Shown: in pieces, positions 56,017 through 63,485 of the stretch
Position numbering within the stretch: the first letter of the stretch is position 1
Layout of the letters: every line of letters begins with the position of its first letter
NCBI GenBank assembly: GCA_034659295.1
Contig: JAYEGX010000078.1
Span: 1,175-65,174, forward strand
DNA from: Candidatus Altiarchaeota archaeon
GTDB taxonomy: Archaea; Altiarchaeota; Altiarchaeia; IMC4; QMZM01
Direction of reading: 5' to 3'
Length of the DNA: 64,000 bases
The notes under the pieces: model-generated
Database searches by the model: none
What the model saw: only the letters and a program-made list of their open reading frames with translations
Told to the model about the DNA's origin: nothing
Position numbers and translations under genes: made by a program

Positions 56017-57213
56017 TCATATTTTCATAAACTCCCTCAAAAGAGAGGTAGCATAACACCCCTTAGATAAAACAAAACGCAACTCAACCATGTGTTTTCC
56101 GGGAGATAGATCATCTCCTGAAACACCTAGAACCTCAAAATCATGGTATACAACAAAAGCATCCCTTAGGATTCCCCCAGAACCCAGCTCAGGCAAAGAC
56201 CCTGCCCTGAAATCATTAACCGACACGCCCTCATCCTCCAGTATAGAGGCGGTGACCTCATCCACCCCGCTTTTGAAGCCAACCAACGGAAGCCTCTCCA
56301 CAGGGATCTGTTCCCTCAGATAGTAACTCAAGGCCCTGTTGAATATAAACGATTGGTATGCATGAACGAACATCCTCTTCAAGCCGGGAGGCAGCTGCTT
56401 TAGAGCACCCCCATAGTCGCCTTCGTTCCTGATCAGATGGTTCATGAGTGAATGCTCGTACTCCAGATGCCGCGGATATTCCTTCACAGCCTGCCGGCAA
56501 TCCCTGGAAATACGTAAGGACTCCCTCGCCTCTCTGGCTGAGTCGCTTTCCCCCTGAAAGGAATTAGTAAGGTAGACCATAACCGCATCCTCAAGATTGC
56601 CTTTAACAATCTCTTTCCCAACCAGGTGAGTGATAGGTCTCATGGAGCCGAAACGCTGTATGCCGAAAAAGTTAGGGAAACCCGCCCTGAGCTCATTATT
56701 TATTTTATCTACTCTCCCCCTGATCTCCTTCCCGGACAAATCAATTCCCCTGATCCTGAGGGTGAACCTGTTCCCCTGCAGGTCGCCTAGATTAAGTCTC
56801 TTATCCGAGTAACTGTAGTCTCTAAGGCATATATCCTTCAGGCTTACCCTCTCCAGATCAGAGGGTGATATATTCCAGACCGAAATCCTTTGCGTGGTCA
56901 GCGCCCGCTTATCTTTTGTGCCGGCAAATCCGATCCTCTTCCTGCTGACCCTTAAGGCATTAGACAATCGCTTAACCGCCTCCAGGGTGCTCCGGTTTTT
57001 TTTCTCCAGGGTTAGATGCAACTGCTCTCCTGTTCTCCCTGGCTCTAGACCGAGGGATTTACCCGCCTCTAAAATCAAACCCCCAGGAGTTATCTCCTCA
57101 ACAATAAAGTCCGCAGGAAGCTGCTTTATTTCGCCGCCCAGACCCGGCGTCTTTGATTTATAGACTTCCATACCAAGAATTCTCTCGATTCCGGGGGGTT
57201 TTATTTCTGGCAT
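56017..57213 (-). CDS. truD: tRNA pseudouridine(13) synthase TruD/Pus7
   Basis: FAGTKDKRA (catalytic Asp), NFFGIQRFG, LPADFIVEEI N-terminus. The ATG at 57213 is preferred because the track start at 57288 overlaps the PIN gene. Confidence 0.85.
   Translation of the reverse strand: MPEIKPPGIERILGMEVYKSKTPGLGGEIKQLPADFIVEEITPGGLILEAGKSLGLEPGRTGEQLHLTLEKKNRSTLEAVKRLSNALRVSRKRIGFAGTKDKRALTTQRISVWNISPSDLERVSLKDICLRDYSYSDKRLNLGDLQGNRFTLRIRGIDLSGKEIRGRVDKINNELRAGFPNFFGIQRFGSMRPITHLVGKEIVKGNLEDAVMVYLTNSFQGESDSAREARESLRISRDCRQAVKEYPRHLEYEHSLMNHLIRNEGDYGGALKQLPPGLKRMFVHAYQSFIFNRALSYYLREQIPVERLPLVGFKSGVDEVTASILEDEGVSVNDFRAGSLPELGSGGILRDAFVVYHDFEVLGVSGDDLSPGKHMVELRFVLSKGCYATSLLREFMKI
57087..57131. repeat. 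45-bp direct repeat copy 1 (inside the functional truD 5' end)
   Basis: gagttatctcctcaacaataaagtccgcaggaagctgctttattt is identical to 58573-58617. Confidence 0.9.
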
Positions 57214-57247
57214 CTTTAACATAATGAAGGGAACAAAATCTTTTAGT

Positions 57248-57742
57248 TTATTCCTCGAATATGATGTCTTTTGAGGGAATAAAAACATTATCCCTCTCTT
57301 CGATCTCCTTTATTAGTTCTCTGATCTCGTTTTTTCTAAGAAGCTTGTATCTCCATAATGCAGCCAGGATATCGCATAAATCAAAACATGTTATGCCTTT
57401 CCTCTTGCAGTAATTAATTACCTTCTTCTCATTGCTTAGGAAAACTGCCTCCCTCTCTTTGCATATTGCAATGGAATCCAGTTCACCGGACCCAAACGAT
57501 TCTGGCAATTTGAGGGTAAGGAGTGATTCTTTCTTACTTGGGATTACTATATCGATCCGGTGGTCATTAATCAAACAGAATAATTCTTCAGCGGGGGCGT
57601 AACCTCTGTCCCGGTCTACCTTAAGTTCCTGGAATACATTGGAGGAGAGGTATAACTTGGGGGTATTGAAAACCTTAAACAGCAGATCCAGTCTCTCTAT
57701 TTTCATAAAGGTTGAGATAATATTCGTATCCACCAGAATCAT
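57248..57742 (-). CDS. PIN-like toxin (DUF3368-type, partner of UPF0175)
   Basis: MILVDTNIIS start and GSGELDSIAI block; 164 aa. Directly downstream of a UPF0175 gene. Confidence 0.7.
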   Translation of the reverse strand: MILVDTNIISTFMKIERLDLLFKVFNTPKLYLSSNVFQELKVDRDRGYAPAEELFCLINDHRIDIVIPSKKESLLTLKLPESFGSGELDSIAICKEREAVFLSNEKKVINYCKRKGITCFDLCDILAALWRYKLLRKNEIRELIKEIEERDNVFIPSKDIIFEE

Positions 57743-57744
57743 CT

Positions 57745-58080
57745 CTACCCTCTTATCCTCCCGATCTTCTGGATCTGCTTATTCAATTCTTTTTTACTTT
57801 TTTTGGGGACCACTATCTTGATACCCCCATCCTTGAGGATTTCTTTAAACTCGATGGTGGTCATACCGGCCAATTCTGCTGCCTTGCTTAGGGTGACCTT
57901 ACCCTCTTTGTATAATTCAACGGCGGCAGCTAGTCTTAACTGTATTTTTGACTCAAAGAAGAATCTTAATGCGTCCCTAACTACCTCTGATTTGTTAGAG
58001 TAGTAGCCTGCAGTTATAACTGCTTTTATTTCTTCTTCATATATCTTTGGTATGCTATAGGCACTTGGCATGATAATCAC
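57745..58080 (-). CDS. UPF0175-family antitoxin
   Basis: LRLAAAVELYKEGKVTLSKAAELAGMTTIEFKEILKDGGI is the UPF0175 HTH core. Confidence 0.7.
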   Translation of the reverse strand: MIIMPSAYSIPKIYEEEIKAVITAGYYSNKSEVVRDALRFFFESKIQLRLAAAVELYKEGKVTLSKAAELAGMTTIEFKEILKDGGIKIVVPKKSKKELNKQIQKIGRIRG

Positions 58081-58184
58081 CTCTTGATAATATTTGATAA
58101 TATATAATAAATTTAGCTATATAAATGGTTAATTATCATATGATAGTGTAATTTCCGAAATAAAGTGTGGAAGAAAAAGACGTG

Positions 58185-58386
58185 AAATCGCTGTAGAGGA
58201 GAAACAGCCATATCAGGGGCCTACGACACCTACAAGGTGAACGCGTTGGCCCTAGAGAAGGTGATCAACCGCGCCTATAAGGGACACATACCCCACAACC
58301 GAATCCATTAAGTGTTGAAAGATGGAACCAGAGAGGAACCTAAGAAACAAAGGAGGTGCAAGCGCAAGGTAGAGAATACTAGGTAG
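58185..58386 (+). pseudogene. possible remnant of an integrase/transposase (rve-type) N-terminal region
   Basis: Own translation: ...ISGAYDTYKVNALALEKVINRAYKGHIPHNRIH*VLKDGTREEPKKQRRCKRKVENTR*. The IPHNRIH-x-x-L-K-x-x-G...EPKK-x-x-R-x-K segment resembles the HTH region of archaeal rve-family transposases as I remember them. Interrupted by stops. Confidence 0.3.
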
Positions 58387-58410
58387 TACAATCCCGCCCT
58401 GCGGATGTGG

Positions 58411-58431
58411 GTAAATTGCAAAGCAATTTAC
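58411..58431. repeat. perfect 9-bp inverted repeat gtaaattgc-aaa-gcaatttac
   Basis: Read directly. Lies inside the gene-free stretch 58081-58543. Confidence 0.5.
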
Positions 58432-58543
58432 TGTATCCTTGCGTGTTTGTAATGAATCAGGTATGTGTGATAAAATAGGGAGTAATTATTAGCCCAAAAC
58501 CATTCGTACAAAAGAACACAACACTCACGTAAATCACAATCTA

Positions 58544-58690
58544 TCAGCAAACCTCCAGAATCAAGCCCTGGAGAGTTATCTCCTCAACAATAAAGTCCGC
58601 AGGAAGCTGCTTTATTTTCCCACCCAGACCTGATGTCTTGGATTTGTAGACCTCCAAGCCAACCTCCTTCTCAATCTGTGATTTATCCAT
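58544..58690 (-). pseudogene. orphan truD 5' fragment (47 codons then TGA)
   Basis: Own translation MDKSQIEKEVGLEVYKSKTSGLGGKIKQLPADFIVEEITLQGLILEVC* aligns with the TruD N-terminus MPEIKPPGIERILGMEVYKSKTPGLGGEIKQLPADFIVEEITPGGLILEAG. Confidence 0.8.
58573..58617. repeat. 45-bp direct repeat copy 2 (inside the orphan truD fragment)
   Basis: Identical to 57087-57131. Flanks are only about 70 percent identical by eye. Confidence 0.9.
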
Positions 58691-58709
58691 AGGTTATATA
58701 ATATTATTT

Positions 58710-59009
58710 ATGTCATCATTAAGTGAGATGCAGGAACAGGTCGGGGAATACGACAAAAAACACGGTTGGAGCAAGGACCAGGCAAGCCACATAGTATTGC
58801 ATATGACAGAAGAGCTTGGGGAGATAGCCAGACGCATCCTTAGAAGAGATGGGTATAAAAAGGAGGTCTTCAGTAGGAAGGAACTGGGTGAGGAGCTGAC
58901 AGACATCCTATACCTGAACCTGAAGCTGGCTAATACGTTCCACATTGAACTGGAGGAGGAATGGAATCTCATGTGGGAGCGATACAGGAAGAAAACAAAC
59001 CGTTATTAA
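58710..59009 (+). CDS. MazG-like nucleotide pyrophosphohydrolase
   Basis: 99 aa; HMTEELGEIARR and ELGEELTDILYL (E-x-x-E metal motifs). Confidence 0.75.
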   Translation: MSSLSEMQEQVGEYDKKHGWSKDQASHIVLHMTEELGEIARRILRRDGYKKEVFSRKELGEELTDILYLNLKLANTFHIELEEEWNLMWERYRKKTNRY

Positions 59010-59034
59010 ATCCTGTCTCCGATATTATTAGTTG

Positions 59035-59331
59035 ATGGGTGAACTAAAGGATCTTTTGGAGGACCTGATTAAGCCGACGCCTGCTAAGGTTATGGTATCT
59101 TTTATTGTTGGAGTATGCCTGTTGTCTGTTGAATTCACGGACAGGGTATGGTGTTATCAGGGGCTTCCGTTTCCCATATACCAGTGGTGTGGGCCGGATA
59201 ACATAGCAAGAGACCATGCCTTCTTTCTGGGGCATTTCCTGGTAGCGGACCTGCTTGTATGGTGCCTCCTAGGCTGTCTGCTTTCATGGTTTATCACACT
59301 CGTGTATGGCAGATACCTTAATATTACCTGA
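59035..59331 (+). CDS. small membrane protein, unknown function
   Basis: Two to three hydrophobic segments. The ATG at 59035 is preferred over the TTG at 59032. Confidence 0.35.
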   Translation: MGELKDLLEDLIKPTPAKVMVSFIVGVCLLSVEFTDRVWCYQGLPFPIYQWCGPDNIARDHAFFLGHFLVADLLVWCLLGCLLSWFITLVYGRYLNIT

Positions 59332-59333
59332 AA

Positions 59334-60686
59334 ATGTCAATTTACAGAGCATACGATATCAGGGGAGTCTACAACCAGGATTTAACCTGTGAGGTAGCTG
59401 AGAACATCGGAAAGGCATACGCCACATACATCAATGGAGGGGAGGTTGTGGTGGGATTTGACGCCAGGGAAAGCGCAACCAGCTTAAGGGATTCACTGGT
59501 TAAGGGTTTAACCTTAGGAGGGTGTGATGTTGTGGATGTTGGTATGGTGCCAACGCCCGTGCTTTATTTTACCATATCCCATTACAAAAAAGACGGGGGC
59601 ATAATGATTACAGGCTCCCATAACCCTCCCGAGTATAACGGATTTAAGCTTTGTAGGGGAACCCACACCCTATACGGCAAGGAGATTCAGGAACTCAGAA
59701 GAATAATAGATTCTGGGGAGTATAGGGTAGGGGAAGGTCGCGTTAAAAAACTTGATGTTAAAGAGATATATTTAAGCTACGTAGCCGAGAGAATAAGCCT
59801 GGATAAAAAGATTAGTGTGGTGGTGGATGGAGGTAACGGGGCGGTTGATGACGTAGCCGAGAAATTGTTCAGTAGACTGGACTGTGAGGTATCCTGCATC
59901 TACTGCCAGCCTGATGGCTCGTTCCCAAACCACTTCCCGGACCCTACAGTAGATGAGAACCTTAAGGATTTGATCGGAAGGGTTAGGGAGAATAAGGCAG
60001 ATCTTGGTGTTGCATTTGACGGTGACTGCGACAGGCTTGGTGTAGTAGATGGTAGCGGAAATATTGTCCGGGGTGATCAGATACTGGTTCTTTTCGCTAG
60101 GCAGGTTTTGGAGAGAAAGCCCGGTTCCAGGATTATTTTTGAGGTCAAATGCAGCCAGGCCTTGATTGATGAGATAAAAAAGGAGGGGGGTGTTCCCGTA
60201 ATGTACCGGACAGGGCATTCCTTTATCAAGAAAAAGATGAGGGAGGAGGGTTCTCCCTTGGCGGGTGAGATGTCAGGTCACTTTTTTTTCGCAGACAACT
60301 ACTATGGCTTCGATGATGGGATATATGCCGCAGCCCGGCTGATGGAGATATTATCCAAGAGTGGGAAAACTCTCGCAGAGCTTGTTGAGGGGATGCCGCA
60401 CTATCACTCCACACCCGAGATTAGATTGAAGTGTGATGAGAAGGAGAAGTTCGGGATAGTGGAGGAGATGAGGGAAAAATTCAGGGAAGAATATGATGTG
60501 ATAGACATAGATGGTGTCAGGGTAGAGTTCGGCGACGGGTGGGGGCTGGTAAGGGCCTCGAACACGGAACCGGCTATAATCCTGAGATTTGAGGCTGAAA
60601 CCAATGCAAGGCTCAAGGAGATTAAGGGGATTATAGTCAAGGAACTGGTTAAGTTTCCTTCTTTAGCTGATATAACAATAATTTAA
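59334..60686 (+). CDS. glmM: phosphohexomutase (phosphoglucosamine mutase / phosphomannomutase family)
   Basis: ITGSHNPPEYNGFK active-site Ser loop, FDGDCDR metal loop, GEMSGH sugar loop. Confidence 0.85.
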   Translation: MSIYRAYDIRGVYNQDLTCEVAENIGKAYATYINGGEVVVGFDARESATSLRDSLVKGLTLGGCDVVDVGMVPTPVLYFTISHYKKDGGIMITGSHNPPEYNGFKLCRGTHTLYGKEIQELRRIIDSGEYRVGEGRVKKLDVKEIYLSYVAERISLDKKISVVVDGGNGAVDDVAEKLFSRLDCEVSCIYCQPDGSFPNHFPDPTVDENLKDLIGRVRENKADLGVAFDGDCDRLGVVDGSGNIVRGDQILVLFARQVLERKPGSRIIFEVKCSQALIDEIKKEGGVPVMYRTGHSFIKKKMREEGSPLAGEMSGHFFFADNYYGFDDGIYAAARLMEILSKSGKTLAELVEGMPHYHSTPEIRLKCDEKEKFGIVEEMREKFREEYDVIDIDGVRVEFGDGWGLVRASNTEPAIILRFEAETNARLKEIKGIIVKELVKFPSLADITII

Positions 60687-60755
60687 TCTGTGATGAGAAA
60701 AGCTTTAGCTGAATTCCTTTCATGGAATGGTGATGATGCTTATGAGCGCTGATAA
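60687..60755 (+). ncRNA. C/D-box sRNA (2'-O-methylation guide) candidate
   Basis: C box GTGATGA 60690-60696; 12-nt guide gaaaagctttag; D' CTGA 60709-60712; 17-nt spacer able to form a 5-bp hairpin (attcc/ggaat); C' GTGATGA 60730-60736; 12-nt guide tgcttatgagcg; D CTGA 60749-60752. Confidence 0.65.
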
Positions 60756-60817
60756 TATCCGATCTCTTCTAAAGGTCGGGTTTGTGGATTTGTGGTGGGT
60801 GGTGTTTAATGAATAAT

Positions 60818-61190
60818 ATGGTGGAGACGGTTTTAATCCTCGACGACCAGAGGTTCAGTCGCACCAGGGCGATATCTCTTCTAAAAAAAAAAGGGTTTTG
60901 TGGAATTTATTGAGTCCGCAAGCGTGGAGGATGCTCTTAAGAAATACAGGAAAGAGAAGCCCTATTTTGTCCTGCTTGACATAATACTTCCGGGAAAATC
61001 CGGTAAGGAGTTCCTAAGGGAGGTGCTGGAGTTTGATCCTGACGCCGGGGTTTTTGTGATGAGCGTTTTAAGCAGGGAGCAGGACATGAAAGATTGCCTG
61101 AAGTTGGGCGCATCCGCTTATTTAACCAAACCCTTGACCGAGGATAAGCTGGAGCATATAATGCACACCCTAAAGCATCTGGATGGTTAG
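60818..61190 (+). pseudogene. stand-alone CheY-like receiver domain protein interrupted by a frameshift in an A10 tract
   Basis: Frame 1 from ATG 60818: MVETVLILDDQRFSRTRAISLLKKKGFCGIY*. The next frame continues VEFIESASVEDALKKYRKEKPYFVLLDIILPG...YLTKPL. With A9, one 123-aa receiver results, carrying DD, D, S and K-P signature positions. Confidence 0.7.
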
Positions 61191-62440
61191 ATGAGATCCT
61201 CAGGTATCCTCTGGTTTTTGAATAAGTCTTTGATTTCCTCCATCTCCCGTATCAGCTCAGCTGATTCACCCCATAAGAGGACCTCAGGGGGCCTTGGCCG
61301 GCTGTTGTATTGGCTGCTCATAGAAAACCCATATGCTCCCGTATCATGTATGGCCAGGATATCGCCCGCTTTTGTTTCAGGTAGTTTTCTTTCCCGGCCT
61401 AGTACGTCACCTGACTCGCATATGTTACCGACCACGTCATATGTTTTGTTTTCCCCCCTCCCCTTGCCTGAGAGGTTCTCTATCCTATGAAAGCTACCGT
61501 ACAGGGCGGGCCTTAGCAGGGTGTTGAAGCCGCAGTCCACGTTTATGAACTTCTTGTAGGGTGTCTCCTTAACGCTCTGCACTTCACATAAAAGAACGCC
61601 TGCGTTTCCTACCACATACCTGCCCGGCTCCAGCCAAAGCTCCGGCTCGTATCCTGTTCTTTTACTCCATCTGTCCAGCACCTGAACGAGCGACTCAGCC
61701 AGCTCATCTGGTGATAGGGTATCATCGCTATTGTAGTCTATGCCCAGTCCACCGCCGACGTCAACGAAATCCAGCTCTAAATCCAGTTCCTCCCTAAGTC
61801 TCTTCACGAAGGCCATGAGTTTATCCAGGGCCTCGATAAAGGGTTTCTCATCGGTTATCTGTGAACCTATGTGCATGTGAACACCCTTGATTTCTATGTT
61901 AGAAAGCTCCCCGGCGAACCGGTAGGCCTTAAAGGCAAGATCATCTTCTATGTGTATCCCGAACTTCGACTCCTTTATCCCGGTTGAAACCTTGGAGTGG
62001 GTTTTCGGGTCTATACTGGGATTCACTCTGAAGGAGATTGCGATACTCTTGTTTCTGGACTTGGCTAGCTCATGTACCCTGTTTAGTTCATCCATTGAGT
62101 CGATGTTTAATAGAACGTTTGAGTCTATTGCCAGCAGGATCTCCTCTTTTGTTTTGGCGTTGTTTGTGTAGATGATTTCCCTGCCCTCAAAGCCCGCCTT
62201 TAGGGCAGCCTTCAGCTCCCCACCGGAGACTACATCAGCCTTAGAGCCCTCTTCTCTTAGCACATTCAGTATAGCCAAGCTTGTGTTCGCCTTAAGAGCG
62301 TAGAATACCTTGGTCTTGGGGTAGCGGCTTCTGAATGCCAGTAGGAAATCCCTGAAGTTTTTCCGTATCCTGTTTTCATCGTACACGTATACTGGTGTTC
62401 CGTATTCACCTGCGACCTTGAGCAAAATCGAGTGGTTCAT
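61187..62440 (-). CDS. lysA: diaminopimelate decarboxylase (group IV PLP decarboxylase)
   Basis: FYALKAN (PLP lysine), HMHIGSQ, VGGGLGI, EPGR, CESGD; 417 aa. Confidence 0.75.
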   Translation of the reverse strand: MNHSILLKVAGEYGTPVYVYDENRIRKNFRDFLLAFRSRYPKTKVFYALKANTSLAILNVLREEGSKADVVSGGELKAALKAGFEGREIIYTNNAKTKEEILLAIDSNVLLNIDSMDELNRVHELAKSRNKSIAISFRVNPSIDPKTHSKVSTGIKESKFGIHIEDDLAFKAYRFAGELSNIEIKGVHMHIGSQITDEKPFIEALDKLMAFVKRLREELDLELDFVDVGGGLGIDYNSDDTLSPDELAESLVQVLDRWSKRTGYEPELWLEPGRYVVGNAGVLLCEVQSVKETPYKKFINVDCGFNTLLRPALYGSFHRIENLSGKGRGENKTYDVVGNICESGDVLGRERKLPETKAGDILAIHDTGAYGFSMSSQYNSRPRPPEVLLWGESAELIREMEEIKDLFKNQRIPEDLI

Positions 62441-62453
62441 TTTTTGGGATTGA

Positions 62454-63485
62454 ATGATTAATAGTTATTTAAATCAAGGATTTAAATTGGAGCCTTTGAC
62501 ACCGGATTTCAGGTTTGATGCTGAACTGATGGAGAACAGAATCAACTCCTTAAGGAAAGAGTTTGATGAACTGGAATTCGACAGGGACTTATTCAGGGAT
62601 AAGTTGGTGGAAAAAGGTTTTGAGATAAGGAAGCTGGCCCTGGTTAAACCCTCTCATAGTGTTGAGTTGCTGGCTGTTGACTCCTCCATAGTTAAAGCCG
62701 AGCTCCGTTTTTTTGCTTTATGGGCTCTTCATTGTGTTGTTTTACGGACCTGCTTTGATGGGAGAAAACACGGTGACCCTCTTGTGGGAGGGGAAATCTG
62801 GTACAGGAACCTGATGTATAATTCTTTCATCGATGCGGGACAGATAAAGCCGTATCGTCTGGTGGAGGAGAAAGCAAACAACACCAGAATTCTTAAGGAA
62901 TATAAGTCCCTCAGGAAAACATTCAGGGAGTTAAGGTCTGGAGGCTGTGATGTGGATTACCTGCTGGTTGACGGAAGTCTTTACACAAACCATGGTAAAC
63001 TATCAAGATACGGTGGGGAGAAGGCTCTTAAGGAATACGATGAGCTGATTGGGGAGGGAAAGGTTGTGGGTATGGCTGAGGACTCGCATGCAGGTGATCT
63101 GGCAGGTAAGGTGGGCTTGGACTGCACTAACCTCATGCTCTTAGACCTCATACTTGATGAGAAAGAGTACGTGGTGCATGAGAGGGAGGATGTAAACATT
63201 TGTTACCTGAAGCTGCCCTCCAAAAAGCTCTCTTATACCCTGGAGGAGGGAAGCCCGCACCTCACCGTCCGGTGGGAGTTTCCTTACAATGAATTCAGGG
63301 ATGATTTAGGAACTCTCGCGTATATGTGGTCCCGGGAGGATGACCTCTTGCACCCACAGGTTTATCCCATCAGGGTTGCTGACTACCTGACGAGAAGGGT
63401 TAAAATGCAAGGTCTGCTGGAGAGGCTTATTGGAGAAAACAATCTGGGATTAAGGTACAGGGATCTTAGGGAGAGCGGTCTATAG
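62454..63485 (+). CDS. nurA: NurA-domain 5'-3' nuclease
   Basis: LLAVDSSIV and YLLVDGSLY acidic motifs in an RNase-H-like arrangement typical of NurA; 343 aa. Confidence 0.55.
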   Translation: MINSYLNQGFKLEPLTPDFRFDAELMENRINSLRKEFDELEFDRDLFRDKLVEKGFEIRKLALVKPSHSVELLAVDSSIVKAELRFFALWALHCVVLRTCFDGRKHGDPLVGGEIWYRNLMYNSFIDAGQIKPYRLVEEKANNTRILKEYKSLRKTFRELRSGGCDVDYLLVDGSLYTNHGKLSRYGGEKALKEYDELIGEGKVVGMAEDSHAGDLAGKVGLDCTNLMLLDLILDEKEYVVHEREDVNICYLKLPSKKLSYTLEEGSPHLTVRWEFPYNEFRDDLGTLAYMWSREDDLLHPQVYPIRVADYLTRRVKMQGLLERLIGENNLGLRYRDLRESGL

